64,000 bases of DNA from Octopus vulgaris (lineage: Eukaryota), in the NCBI GenBank assembly GCA_951406725.2, contig OX597838.1, forward strand, positions 45,446,001-45,510,000, written 5' to 3'. Shown one piece after another: positions 1 through 13,862 of the stretch. A program made the translations under genes and the position numbers. The number at the start of each line of letters is the position of its first letter. Positions within the stretch are counted from its first letter, which is position 1. Below the pieces are notes generated by a model. It made no database searches and was not told the DNA's origin. It worked only from the letters and a program-made list of their open reading frames with translations.

Positions 1-403
1 AACGAGCATTTTTACTGTTACGGTAACGATTCTGCCAGCTCAGTGCCTTAAGGTAAGACCCAGTATTGACTTGCATACTTAGTAGTATAGTATGAGTGCA
101 AAAGGAAATGCTGCATCCTTGGCAACAATTGATAGGTACGTGCCACTCGCGAGGAGAGTATTTGATATCTAAATTTGTCTATCCTGTTGTATTAGACCGC
201 TAAACTTAGTGGGTGTTTAAGTAAAGTAATTGTAGATAGTCAATGGGTTGTATGAGCTGCTGATGAAAGTGCAGTAACTATTTTCATTGTCGTTGGTATT
301 GTTTACATAAGATGTATTCGTCTACGAAACGTCGCACCTTGCAGCGGTGGCTCTGCATTTTATACAAAATCTATTGAGATAAACTTGGACTTGAATATGC
401 ATC

Positions 404-436
<33 letters not shown>

Positions 437-900
437 GTGTGTGTGTGTGTGTGTACATTATGTATGTGTGTGTGTTTTATATATATATATAAATTAAATT
501 AGAGATAAAACCACTATTAGGCAACTCAAACAGTGATAGACATAAACCAATACATAAATAACAAAAAATATGAATATAATTAATATAAAATATAATATAT
601 ATATATATATATAAAATTCTTGTTTCCATCTCTTTAGTTACAGATATCTCTTTCCTTATAAATTCATCTTATTTCCACCAAATATTTAGCAGAATAGCAT
701 CTAACGAAAACGAATGATTGCGTAACAATTCGATTCGAATTTACGTAATGCTATTTAATATGTCATGCGATGGACTTCGTATTTGGGAATAAACTACGTT
801 ATTGAAACGCGTCTTGTGATGCTTTGAACTACCAAATCGATTTTGTTTGCTGAATGACACACCGCATAATATGTCCCAATTACACTGCATTATATATATT

Positions 901-1130
901 TCTTTACTACCCACAAGGAGCTAAACATAGAGGGGACAAACAAGGACAGACAAAGGGATTAAGTCGATTACATCGACCCCAGTGCGAAACTGGTACTTAA
1001 TTTATCGATCCCGAAAGGATGAAAGGCAAAGTTGACCGCGGCGGAATTTGAACTCAGAACGTAACGACAGACGAAATACGGCTACGCATTTCGCCCGGTG
1101 TGCTAACGTTTCTGCCAGCTGGCCGCCCTT
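901..1130 (-). mobile_element. tRNA-derived SINE family A (tail type 1)
   Basis: Reverse complement gives a tRNA-like head (A box TGGCAGAAACGTTAG, B box GAGTTCAAATTCC), a central CTTTCATCCTTTCGGG.TCGATAAATTAAGTACCAG domain and the tail GTCCCCTCT.TGTTTAGC.CCTTGTGGGTAGTAAAGA; many copies in the window. Confidence 0.9.
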
Positions 1131-1329
1131 ATATACACTGCATTATATACCCCAAATACGCATACACGGATTTGCAGAATATCCGGGACCAGTCAAATAC
1201 TGGGGTCGATGTAATCTACGGCCGCCTGCCGTTAAAATGTCTAGTTTTGTGCTAAAATTTGTATCCATTGGTATTATGATTTCGAAAACTAGAACACTTT
1301 AATTCGTACAGCAGAAATGTTATCCGGAC

Positions 1330-1620
1330 CTATGTGTCCAGTAGTCACCTTAAACCTCAACAATCTTCATTTGTATACTTACTACTGATGTTTTTCTACA
1401 ATGCTTTCTCAATTTCATTAGCCTTTAGCATCTTTGCTAGCAGTTTGCCTGATGTGTCCTGTGCACCAGTTGCCGCAACAGCGATTTTCATTTATCTCTT
1501 CCAAAATGTCATCATTTCTCTGATTAGGTTTTGATATCGCCCAATTTTCTCAGTTTCTTTGGTAGCCACTCTGTTGTCATATGATATTACAGAGTTTGCT
1601 TTTTTATGTTTTGTTTTGTT
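1330..1620 (-). mobile_element. Degenerate R4/Dong-like LINE fragment (REL endonuclease end)
   Basis: Minus-strand translation ...YDNRVATKETEKIGRYQNLIREM...IAVAATGA resembles the KE-K-x-KY-x-L...GA motif of restriction-like endonucleases. Confidence 0.5.
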
Positions 1621-1904
1621 GTTGTTTTTTTATCTTCGACCATATTTTGTTTCTGGCTTCAATATTGAGGTCACTCATTATGGAGAACTCTTATAAAATC
1701 CTGTATTATTCTTCACCTTCTCAACCTCTGGCTCGTGTTTATTACCATTTTTCTATAACTTTGCTAATTTTCCAATGCACATTTTTAGTGACACGTTCAT
1801 GTTTTCGCTTATACACTGCATTCACTTCAGAGGAAATTAATATTTTCGTTTCCTTTCCCACAGATTCTGTATTTGCTCTGATTTTTTTTCTCTGGTTCTT
1901 TACG

Positions 1905-2300
1905 ATCTGAGTTCAAATTCCGCCCAGGTCGACTTTGCCTTTCATCCTTTCGGGGTTGAGCACTGGAGTCGATCTAATCGACTTAGCCCCTATCCTGAAA
2001 TTGCTGGCCTTATAACAAAATTTGAAATCATTGTTATTCTTATCTTCATTATTGTTTAATTGCACTGTACTAGATAAGGGAAAATACTTCTTTCTAACCT
2101 TTGCTAACAGTTTAGAGAGGAAGGGGAAATCGAATAGAATGACCCCGTTCTCAAAATGGTACTTATTTTATTGACCCCTGGAGGGAGAAAAGCAAAATAG
2201 ATTCACCGACATTTCATCTCAAAACATAAAACACCGGAAGCCAAACGCCGTTAAGCATCTTGTCCGGTGCAGTGACCGTTTTGACAGCTCACCGCCTTGA
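1905..2300. mobile_element. Two diverged SINE family A copies (about 1905-2030 plus, about 2110-2300 minus)
   Basis: CTGAGTTCAAATTCCGCCCAGGTCGACTTTGCCTTTCATCC, plus an opposite-strand decayed head ending GACAGCTCACCGCCTT. Confidence 0.7.
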
Positions 2301-2941
2301 GATAAGAAAACTAATGAACTAGACATAGAAAAGCAGACACAAATAAAAGGACAGATTAAAGAGAGATATTATAGAAACATCAGATTAATATCAGAAAAGG
2401 AAGGTAATACTCTCTCTATAGCCTTCCTTATAATGTGATAGAGTTAATGCGGTTTCGTAATATTCTGCCAGCATGTAATATTCAGTAAGAATGTAATGAA
2501 AATACATTTATTAGCTGCAGAATATGTAAAAATAAGAAAGAAACAATAAATAAGTCTTTGCATAACCAATAATAATTTCCTTTGTCTATTAACCACAAAG
2601 CCTAAATAAAACCATATATATTAGAGAAGCATTACAAAACTATATATGAGTGTGAGCGCGCACGTGTATTTGCACAAACATCTATGCGTATGCGTGTGTG
2701 TGTTTGTGTTTGTGTGTGTGTGTTAAGTTTAATTGAAATATGTTTGTGACTAACCTAAATTCTTATGCTTAAACACTGCTTACCGGTAACATTTCGTTAT
2801 GTATATATATATATCAGTGTGTTGTGTGGGAGGGTGTGCGTGCATGAATCTGTGTCGCCTTTGTTGGTTTGTACATCTATTCGTATGTGTCTTTGTCTCT
2901 TATTGTGCAATTTTACGCTGACATATATTTGTAATTAGTTA

Positions 2942-2985
<44 letters not shown>

Positions 2986-2999
2986 TATATATATATATA

Positions 3000-3379
3000 C
3001 TAGCAGTAACGCCCGGCGTTGCTCGGGTTTGTAAGGGAAATAACTATAAAGCATTTTTAGAGAGTTATAGCCAAAAAATAGCAAAAAATAGGAAAAAAAT
3101 GATGGTAAATTTTTTTTTTTGAGAGTTAAAAAGGTCGAGTTGCGTCCCCTAGACAGTCTGTGGTTTGTGTTTCTGATTCTCAACCCCATGTCGAATTTAT
3201 CGATTTTTTTTCAGAACTGGGGGAACTTTTCAAAATTTTCGCTGCGTTAGTTTTGAATTATGACATTGGGCTATGTGTGGGTCAAGTTTCATCAGAATCG
3301 GTTGAAAGCCGTGGTCAGGGTGAGGGTACAAGCAAACAGACACACAGAAACACGCACAGACAAACTGCCGTTTATATAT

Positions 3380-3382
<3 letters not shown>
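3000..3382 (-). mobile_element. Non-autonomous Helitron
   Basis: Minus strand begins TC(TATATATAAAC), contains a GTCT/GTGT tract, ends with hairpin CCCGAGCAACGCCGGG (3012-3027) then CTAG; inserted between A and T with no TSD. Confidence 0.85.
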
Positions 3383-3450
<68 letters not shown>

Positions 3451-3472
3451 CATATATATATATATATACATA

Positions 3473-3880
<408 letters not shown>

Positions 3881-3987
3881 TATATATGTCTATCGATATA
3901 TTTTTGCATATATGTATGTGTGTATGTGTGTGTGAGTGAGTGTATATGTACACATATATAGAAAATTTGTATGTATATATAATAATG

Positions 3988-4040
<53 letters not shown>

Positions 4041-5374
4041 GGTAATTGCGCGACCTGATAATCGCTACCTCATATGTGTGACAATGAAAAAACAAATTAT
4101 TGTAAATAGCAGTGGTAAGGAAACTGAAGCCCTTGATGGTGAAAGTGTTACACCCGGCAGGCTCAGAGATACTGGTCCGACTCCAGCTTGCCGTTATCCA
4201 GCAAGGTACCAGCACACACGGCTGATTTTACTTTTCTTCTTCTCTCATTCATTCTTTCCCACACCTATCCCAGTCCTTTCTTTTCCTTCTTTCTCCTCTC
4301 TCTCTTCTATGCACTCACTTACAACCCACTTGTATTTGTTTTTCTCACACTATATACCCACATGGACCATTTACATACTAGCTAACCACTTAATCCATTA
4401 CTTTAACATAAAAGTATCATTCAAAATACTGTCAAAATACTGCCTGGATTTACCTGGTATTATACCTAAGGGCTTATACCTTCACGGAAGGTGTGGTGGA
4501 TATGGTGGACCAGCCACCATACCCTCTTGAAAAAGATGAACTGTGAACTTTATTCTCGTGTCTGTTTTCTTCTATCTACTTTTACTCCTTATTCTTCTAT
4601 TTTATTCCTTATAAACTATGAATTTCCCTGTCTAGAACTTTCATAGTAAATTGGGGATCCACAATAGTATTTTAAGGGCCCTTGAAAATGTTTTGCATTA
4701 GATGTATGCATTGACATTTATTACAAGAAACAGCCAAGTTTCTTTCTCTAACATTTCACATAGTTCAACCCACATAAGTTAATGTGTGAAAAACGAAACA
4801 GAAATATTGAAAGAAGTTTCTAGAAAACTAGCTTTTTAAACATCAAATGACAATTGGGGCCCAGAATAAAATAATAACTAAACGGATCCATAGATACAAA
4901 ATGGTTGAGAAACTCTGATTTATCGGACTTCGGACATAATAGTGCAGAACCTTGAAGTGTTTTATGAAGGTATTAAATCCAAGTACATATTTTGCAACCT
5001 GATATTTGTTCTATCGATCTCTTTCGGCCGAAGCGCTACGTTACGGGATCCTAACCAAAACAACATTCCGAAACCAAATCCTTTAACGGCATCTTTTCCT
5101 CCAGGTACAATAAATCAGACTATCACTCAATTATTGATGTTGATGTTATGGACTATTCTCTCTCTCTCTCTCTCTCTCCTCGTGTCTGAATCAGAAACAA
5201 TTATCATTGTTCTTGTTCGTGAATAATATATAACAGTCTTTCAACCCGAGTGGTCGTCTGTAACCGGAAATTAAGAAACTCCCGTTCGCTGCTTCATGCA
5301 AGTTGTATGTGTGCGCGTGTGCGTGTGTATGTGTGTGTGTATTTATCTAACTATCTATTTATATATATATGTAC

Positions 5375-5427
<53 letters not shown>

Positions 5428-5559
5428 TATTTATTTATTTATTTATTTATTTAGTACGACACGTTTCAAACCGTTCTGGATCAATTCGGGTGGACATATA
5501 GCGGTAAAACCGAATCAGAGAATCTCTAGTGATACTTTTTTATCTTTTTAGTTATTTAT

Positions 5560-5601
5560 GTACTCGAAGAGACCCAGAACGGGTCGAAACATGTGTCGTA
5601 C
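5560..5601 (+). ncRNA. Minimal type I hammerhead ribozyme, core mutated (Penelope pLTR remnant)
   Basis: GTAC-TCGAAGA-GACCC(AGAAC)GGGTC-GAAAC(ATGT)GTC-GTAC; inverted partial copy at about 5452-5480. Confidence 0.7.
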
Positions 5602-7059
5602 TAAATAAAATGTTTTATTCCATCTATTTTACTAATACTGTTACCTCAGTCGCCACTACGAAGTTCCTGCAATAAATCTACGGATAGCAAGAGGTAATCG
5701 AATCTGTGCCGGTGCTTTACTCATCATCTACTTATACATTTTGTTTAAATTCTCCGTTATATATATATATATATATATTATATACATACATACATACATA
5801 CATACATGAAACAAAACAAATTTATTAATGCTGATTTTAAGGAAAAGGATTTTCTTCGAAAAAACGTATTCATGCTTCGGTCGTGTAAAAGCGAATATTT
5901 CACACATAAACTGTGAGAGTGCCGTCGACCTACATTTTAAAACATTATTTAGAAAGGATCAAGATGGAAAAGTCATAATTGTGATATCACTTCCATTGTC
6001 TTCAGAAATAAAAAGCTGGTGTGAAGATTAAAAGGAAAATTACTCCTACTTTTAGCAATGCTGCAGGGAACTTGTAATAAAAAAAAATATTGAAAAAAAG
6101 TATTGTTCTCTTACTTCGTGAATGTTTAATTTCCGATATAATTATATAGCAAAACATACAGATACGCAAAGAAGTGAATTACACGAAAGGACAACAGTGT
6201 GAAAGCATAAAGATGAACGAGAAGTTTTGTGTTGTGACATACATTCAGACATCGTACGCATACAAGAAAAAGAGAACTTTAAACGAGAAGTAATTCATAC
6301 GTTTTTTAATGCCTGAGAATAGCACAGGTCTCGCTGTAACTGCTGCAGTATTTTCAGTATTTTCTTATATTTGCTTTTTCTGTATTCGCCTGGATTCTGC
6401 ACGTCTGCACCGTGGTTCTCAGGCCTATTTTCCTACTCCTATCTTAGACCACTTATTCTCATTTGGGAAGTGTAACTATGCATGCATACATGCATATGTA
6501 CATACATGCATACATGCATACGTACGTACATGCATACGTACGTACGTACATACATACATACATGCACACATACATACATACACACATACATACATGCATG
6601 CATACATACATATACACCCTACATGCACGAATACATATATACATTCATGCATAAATACATTCATGACCTCAAAACAACTCGAATCATACATATGAAAGAG
6701 GATCTGGGTGGGAAACGCTCAGCATATGAAAAGAAAGTTATCCATGGGTAGCTTCCAGAAGACTTGTAGAAGACAGTAATATCGATATGAAGTGGCAGCC
6801 TTCTTGGCCTGCTACATAATATCACACTTGAAAGGATATGCGTTTTCGATTCAAGAACAGTAGATTGGTACTCTTTACTCTTTTACTTGTTTCAGTCATT
6901 TGACTGTGGCCATGCTGGAGCACCGCCTTTCGACCCCTGGTCTTATTCTTTGTAAGCCTGGTACTTATTCTATCAAGCTCTTTTGCCGAACCGCTAAGTT
7001 ACAGGGACGTAAACACACCAGCATCGGTTGTCAAACACAGACATGTTGGATAAACACAG

Positions 7060-7155
<96 letters not shown>

Positions 7156-7319
7156 GTATATACATATATACATATATACGACGGGCTTCTTTCAGTTTCC
7201 GTCTACCAAATCCACTCACAAGGCTTTGGTCAGCCCGAGGCTATATTAGAAGACACTTTCTCAAGGTTCCACGCAGTGGGACTGAACCCAGAACCGTGTG
7301 GTTCGTAAGCAAGCTACTT

Positions 7320-9521
7320 TATTTCAAAACATTTGCCATAAAGGCAGTACACAGATTAAGTTAGCTTTGCGGGCTGGACGAGGACATTAATGAGGTGAAT
7401 GATAATGAAAGAAAGATGATAAGGATGGGAGAAGACAAAAAGCGCCCGCCGACTTTCGCTTCTCTAAAACATTGTTCTTTTTAAAGATAAACACAAAACG
7501 AGGTATTAAACCTCTTACAATTTTTCCAATTATTAATACAAAACGAGGTATTAATCCTCTTACAATTTTTCAATTTTTGGACTTAAGTCCATTACTAATA
7601 ATAACAATTCAATAGTTACATATCGTCCTCGAAATAGCTTGTGCCCGCGCCCTCCACCATCAACCACGCCTCCCTCAGAACGTAATCAAGTTCCGAGTTC
7701 GCGTCGCCCGGGACCAAGTTATAATCTTCATTGAGCTCCTTTAGCCCAAGCGTCACGTCGAACGCCACGGCCTCCACAGCTACCTGCGGAGGCCATTCGG
7801 GGTCCTGTGTGAAGGCTAAAGGTGCTCCCTTGTAGTGCTCTTCCATCACTTTTTCAATTTCTCCTCCTCTATAGAAGAGGACCAATACGTTCAGTTCTTT
7901 CGTTGGCGGCACAGTTCCCGCCAACGGTATTCCTTCTCTTGTCGGTGGCACAACCCCCAACCGACGTAGTTCCGGGACATTCCGGTGCTACACTGACAGC
8001 CGGTAATGTCCCGTTTTTCTTCCTCTTTTTCTTTTTTTTTCCCCTCCGTGGCTGGAAGATTCGCCTTCCTCTCCTCATCCCTATTATCCTTTGGTGAGCA
8101 CCCATTGTTGCTCACCATCCTCTTTCGGCCTCTGTTTGAGGAGTCCTCTGCTTTCTCGGCCGTTATCGTCCCCTCTTCTAGAGGGGTTTTACTTAACTGT
8201 TCCGGGATCCTATTTTGTTCCCGAGGACAGTTCTTCTTTATGTGGCCGGACTCCAAGCACCGATGACACTTAGGGGGGCGACCCTCAAGCATCACCGGGT
8301 ACCTGCACCCGGCCATTTAAAAAAACTCTGGAAGAACCAGATTGGCTGATTGGGTCCACAGGGTCAAAATTGCTTTTGACCCAACCCAAGCAGCCGCAGG
8401 AAGAACTTTTACATTGAGGAGCTTAGTTTCGCTGTCACCCAGACCCCGGCGGATAGTCTCCTCTATCCACTCGGGTTCTATGTCGGGTGGCAGTCCGCAA
8501 ATCCAAGCTTTCATCAATTTCTTTTTTTGTACGTGGGCAGGAATAAGATTTCCTTACCCTCCAGGGGTTTGCTAGCAAATTTGCAAGCCTCTTCAGGGGT
8601 GTCAAATAGCAACCACACCGTTGCATATTTGACACCCCTGGAAATGTATTTAATTGTTGGCAAATACTCTTCCAACTCCTTTTCAATCGCCGTCTTTTCG
8701 AATAGGGCGATGGTGTCGAGTGCCTTGGAGTAGGTTCTCAACACCACCGTCCTATCTTCACGGTCTTTTAACCACTTTTCAGGTGGTATCATTTCCCACT
8801 CCAAAATTTTGTTATTTTTCATTGCCATGTTTTTTTTTAAATATATTCAAATTAAACTCAAAAAGCAGGAAGAAAAAAGTTCAAAAGTCCAAATAAAATT
8901 TGATAGATTTTTGAAATAACAAAAAGGAGAAAGCACAACAGAAGGGGAGAAATCAACGGAAAGTCGCAATAAAAAAAAAGGGGGCGGTTAAATGAAGTTC
9001 AAAAGAAAGTTAATAAACAGAAAAAACACAGCAAAAATATTCTGGCCTTGCGGTACTCCCGGCCTGGGTTGAACCTGGAACGCCGCAACTGCAACACAAC
9101 CTCCACAAAAATGGGTCCGAAAGGTAATCCAATAGTGGCTTATTTTTATAATTTTCTTGCGAAGTACTCTGACAAGGGAATAAATTCAACAAACCCAAAC
9201 ACAGCACTGGCTACCGCCAACGGTAATTTTAACAGTAACTGTATTGAATTTCGAGGATACGCCCCTCCACTGTTTTTTCTTTTTTTTCAATGAACACAAA
9301 AACGGCAGCCGCCGAGAGCAGGCGAAATTGTCTCAGAGTTGGACACAACTTACTGAAATAATAATTGGCACGCAATAAATTATGCCCAACTCACAATAAA
9401 CAAAATCACTTACCTCGACAACTTTCCGTTTTTGGTCTTTTTTCTTTAATTGGACGGAGCTGGTTGGCTCGCGTCCACTCTGGCTGAACAGGAAGCAACT
9501 GACTAACTGCGCATGTGCGTT
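7320..9521 (-). mobile_element. ORF1-only (HAL1-like) non-autonomous Tx1/L1 retroelement, 2.2 kb
   Basis: 12-bp TSD AGCAAGCTACTT (7308-7319 / 9522-9533); about 0.7-kb 5' leader, ORF1, about 0.3-kb 3' UTR ending at an AATAAA; no ORF2 sequence. Confidence 0.85.
7616..8828 (-). pseudogene. Frameshifted LINE ORF1 (gag-like, CCHC zinc knuckle)
   Basis: ORF pieces 8514-8828, 8317-8517, 7891-8316 and 7616-7960; CHRCLESGHIKKNC knuckle; colinear motif similarity with the ORF1 at 26144-27130. Confidence 0.8.
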
Positions 9522-9579
9522 AGCAAGCTACTTACCACACAGCCACTCCTGCACCTATGATACAAAATATTTTATGAAC

Positions 9580-10070
9580 AAAAGGGACTGTGTAGTTTAT
9601 GTCATATTTCTGTGGAAGACATCACACGAGATTCGCCGCTGCCCAAATATGTCATCCGGATACTACCTCCCTATGCGAAATCAATTTACAAGAAGACTTT
9701 CTTGGAATGAATATAGAGAATAGCCTGCTATTGAATACATACACAAACATCAACACAAGGAATACTGGTGGAACATTCCCATCAACACTTCTGAAAAATG
9801 CTAACATAACAGGCTGAATATTGTTGTTTGAGACAGACAAAAGATAGAATGTATTGTCGCAGAGTTCAGCTGCCCTGATCATGTGAATATGTCTAGAAAT
9901 CAAAGAGAAAGAAGTAACTATGGATAACTGCTTCGAAATCTCCAACTCTTATATCCAGATTATGAACTCACATTTATACCAGTAATAACTGGTGCACTTA
10001 GTTTTGTAAGTAAATGCCTAAGCGATGACCTGGAAAGACTAGACTGGTGTTTTCAGAAAAAAAAATCAAC
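9580..10070 (+). mobile_element. Degenerate R4/Dong-like LINE fragment (REL endonuclease)
   Basis: Broken frames give NKEYWWNIP, NIVV.DRQKIECIVAEFSCP, IKEKE and LQLLYPDYELTFIPVITGALS. Confidence 0.6.
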
Positions 10071-11129
10071 CAGTTAACGTCGAAGTGATCACAAAGCAAT
10101 GTGAATTTAAATATTTTGCTCAAGAACACCACTCACCACCCGGTCCGGGAATTGAAATCACGATCTTGCGATCGTGAGTGCAACACCCTAACCACAAGGC
10201 CACGCTACCTTACATATATACAAGCGTGCACACATACATGCAGAAAGCCAGTGAAGGAGTCCAGAAATACCAACCAATTCTCCTTCGGTATAAAATAAAA
10301 CAAAATCAAGGATATATAATGAAGACGAGAACACCTTTGATCTTATGTCTATTTGACAACGCTTTTATAAAATTCATTAAGAATCCCCATAAAATTACTT
10401 TTTCATAAAATATGATTTGTATGTTTATGAGTTTTTAATTACAAACTCGTTTCAAATGGAAATTGATAGTTTGGTTTAACAGATGCACGACATAATGTGA
10501 CTACGATTAAGTTTGTGTTTGCATGAGTGTGTGCGGGTGTGTACAAATGTGTGTGTCTGTGTGCAAGTGTGTGTGTGTGTGTATCAACAGTGGAATCCCA
10601 AAGAGGTAGCTTGACCGGCTAGAAATAGCAGCTAAGTCTGTTCTTGAAATCATGCCTTATCGACTCTGGGAAAAATACTCTTCCTTCCTTCTTTAACGTT
10701 ATTCCTACTAAGGTGATATCCCTATGATTCCTTCTTGAGTCGTAGGAGCACCATTGTAACATACGATGTGGCTTAAGTATTCTAAACCCGACAGAACCCA
10801 TCCCTCACTAGATTTTAGCAACCAATTTTTGAGAGGAAAAGAGAGAAAAATTAATCCCAGTACCGGAGTTGTATTTTGTGTATCGACGCCGAAAGAATAA
10901 ATAAGGAAAGCTAACCTCGATGGGATTTGAACTCAGAACCCAGAAATCTGGAGTAAGTTCAACAAACTGTACTATCTGATGCTCTAGCAAATCTGCCAAC
11001 TTGCTTCCAGTGTTAGAGATATACAGAAAGATAGAATTCCGATGACTGAAACATCTTTGATTCAAAGTCTGCCTGATCAGGGCTGAGCTTGATATGAACA
11101 ACAAAAACTAACAATTCTAAATATTTTTC

Positions 11130-11345
11130 TTTCTAATTTTGACACGAAGCCAGCAGTTTTGAAGGGAGCGGGGAGTCGATTACACCGACCTCATCACTGA
11201 AATGGTACTTTTTTTTATCGTACCCTTAAGGATGAAAGATGATGTCAACCTTGGTGGGATTTGAACACAGGACATAAAGAGCCCGTAGAAATACCTATGC
11301 ATTTTGTGCGGCGCGGTAACGATTTTTCCAGTTACCCACCTTTCT
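11130..11345 (-). mobile_element. Diverged SINE family A copy
   Basis: GTCGATTACACCGACC...GGTACTT...GGATGAAAG...GGGATTTGAAC motifs. Confidence 0.7.
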
Positions 11346-12273
11346 AACAATATTGTGGGCCCTAGATTAGCAAGATCTGCTACGGAATCCGTGTAATTAA
11401 AACTTTATGATCCATTCTTTGGAAACAAAAAAAAATCGATTATCAATCGATTTTTTCAAAATGCTAAAAATTAAAAGTTGGATTGATTTGACATTTTTGA
11501 CTTATAATTAACTTTAACTCCACCTCCTCACACACACGCACACGCACACACACATACACACAAACATTCACACACACATTCAAACACTCACACGCGCACA
11601 CATACACACACACATACATTCAATATCATGAAATGGTCACTCACTCTCAGAGGTTGATAATTATTTTATAATGATCACAGTCAACAATATGTAACACCTG
11701 TGCGAATATAGACGCGTGGTTAAAAAAGCCACTTTGCAATCGTATAGTTCGATTGCAGAGGCAAGCACACTGGGTCAGCATATTTATTCTTTTACACAAA
11801 ATGAGTGTCGAAAGTAGAGTCATTAGAGTAGGGGTCAAAATGCCTACATAGCGTTCTGATTTTACATCTTAACTAAGTAATCTTTGCCTTTCACTTTTCA
11901 TGGGTTTGATTGATCAATAAAGTGAACTGGGAAGAATTTGTAGAGCATCCGTTGGGTAGGCTGTGCGTTGTGTCACACCGACTCGGCTCACGAATTAGTT
12001 TTTGAGAACACACCCAGTTGTGGAATATTCCTACCCTTATGTCTTGTTAATTTAACAAAGTCTGATGTTCAGCTGAATTGAGCAACTGAGTGCTCATCGT
12101 CGAAATACACTGGGGATCCATTTGATCAAATTAGCAGTGCAATAATAGGTTTCCTGCCTTATGTTGCTCCATAAAATCAAACTGCTTAAAACTCTCAATT
12201 CACTTTCGAACCAATATTTTTTCACTCGAAGATCCATTTGGGTAGAGTGATATTTCAATAATGTATGTCTTAT

Positions 12274-12649
12274 AAGGCGGCGAGCTGGCAGAAACGTTAG
12301 CACGCCGGGCGAAATGCTTTGCGTTATTTCGTCTGCCGCTACGTCCTGAGTTCAAATTCCGCCGAGGTCGACTTTGCCTTTCATCCTTTCGGGGCCGATT
12401 AAATAAGTACCAGTTACGCACTGGGGTCGATATAATCGACTTAATCCGTTTGTCTGCCCTTGCTTGTCCCCTCTGTGTGTCGCCCCTTGTCCTGCCGCTA
12501 CGTCCTGAGTTCAAATTCCTTCGAGGTCGACTTTGCCTTTCATCCTTTCGGGGTCGCTAAATTAAGTACCAGTTGCGTACTGGGGCCGATCTAATCGATT
12601 GGCCCCTTCCCTTAAAATTTCAAGCCTTGTGCCTAGAGTAGAAAAGAAA
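12274..12649 (+). mobile_element. Dimeric SINE family A (body-tail 1 followed by body-tail 2)
   Basis: 14-bp TSD AATGTATGTCTTAT (12260-12273 / 12650-12663); body repeated after the junction at about 12490; an uninterrupted paralog of the host repeat lies at about 16785-16945. Confidence 0.9.
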
Positions 12650-13671
12650 AATGTATGTCTTATCAATGAAACATTTAACATCGCATTTTGAACACTGATC
12701 GTAATTTGACAGTGAAGTCAGTTTCGCGCTCTTCAAGTTCTACGGAGGTCAGTTTCACCGTTCATCCGTTACAGAGTGGGAAGGGGATCAATTAAGTACT
12801 AATCTTGGGTGATGGACTGCTAGAAATAGTAGCTAAATCCCCTCAAATCACACAATGCAAGCTTTAATAAACACTATGCTTGATAAAAAAGAGTATGGTA
12901 GATGATCCACGTGCTTGGCAATTCCATCAGGAATTCCAGTTGCAATGAACGTCTTTCGTAATTCCATCAGAAATTCTAGATTCATTGAAGTAGTTAGTAT
13001 GAAAACATCCACGTGATCAGTCGGTTTACAAGAAATAGCAACAAAATTACACCCTAATGCTTTAAACAATAAGGAAAAGAAATTCGATTCTATAATCCCG
13101 GATACTTTATATATTTTAATCAAGAAGGAAGACCACGCCCGTGATTTTTTTATTTTTTTTACAGGGCCTCAAAGATTGGCGAGATGGGAAGAGGAAACTA
13201 TTCACAAACCAAAGTCCTAACTTGAATGCTTACAACGGATTGGACTCCACTAAATGTACGAAAGTGTCGGGTGATGGTGTTAAACATGGGGAAGAATTAA
13301 GTCTGCCTCCAAAGTAGGCCATAGTGGAATTTGAACTCATAACACAAGTAGACGGAACAAATATCTCAAGGCATCCAAGTGAACATTCTTGCAATCTAGC
13401 CATTTTACTGCCCTAGATTGGCACGTTTCTGTCGATCTCGAAAATATATGAGACAAGATTGACTTCGATGGGATTTGAACTCAGAACGTATATACCGCAA
13501 GGCATTCTCTCCGAGGCTCAAATGATTTTGTTGCAACTCAAAAGAAAGGCAGCACAGGACATTCACGAATGGAATGTCTGTGATCATATATCTGATGGAT
13601 TAGGATTAACAAGGCAACTGAACAGCTTCATCTTACACTAAATTCTCTTACAGAAACACATACACACACTT

Positions 13672-13862
13672 AAGGCGGCGAGCTGGCAGAAACGCTAGCA
13701 CACCGGCTTAAATGCGTAGCCGTATTTCGTCTGTCACTACGTTCTGAGTTCAAATTCCGCCGGAGTCGACTTTGCCTTTCATCCTTTCGGGGCCGATTAA
13801 ATAAGTACCAGTTACGCACTGGGGTCGATATAATCGACTTAATCCTTGTGGGTAGTAAAAAA
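13672..13862 (+). mobile_element. SINE family A copy with internally deleted tail 1
   Basis: AAGGCGGCGAGCTGGCAGAAACG...TTAATCCTTGTGGGTAGTAAAA. Confidence 0.9.

Larger units (their letters stand above)
6872..9558 (-). mobile_element. tRNA-derived SINE family B, split by an insertion (6872-7319 and 9522-9558)
   Basis: Head GG.GCAGGAGTGGCTGTGTGGTAAG...GGGTTCAGTCCC, internal (TA)n(TG)n, tail GGCGGTGCTCCAGCATGGCC.CAGTCAAATGACTGAAACAAG. Confidence 0.9.

Noticed and set aside
254-338. CTGATGA...GAAACGTC hammerhead-like motif
   Set aside because: No convincing stem II and only marginal stem I pairing
3940-4530. 196-aa ORF and hairpin TATGGTGG/CCACCATA after (AAT)n
   Set aside because: The ORF starts in a microsatellite and has no recognisable motif; probably a repeat remnant that I cannot classify
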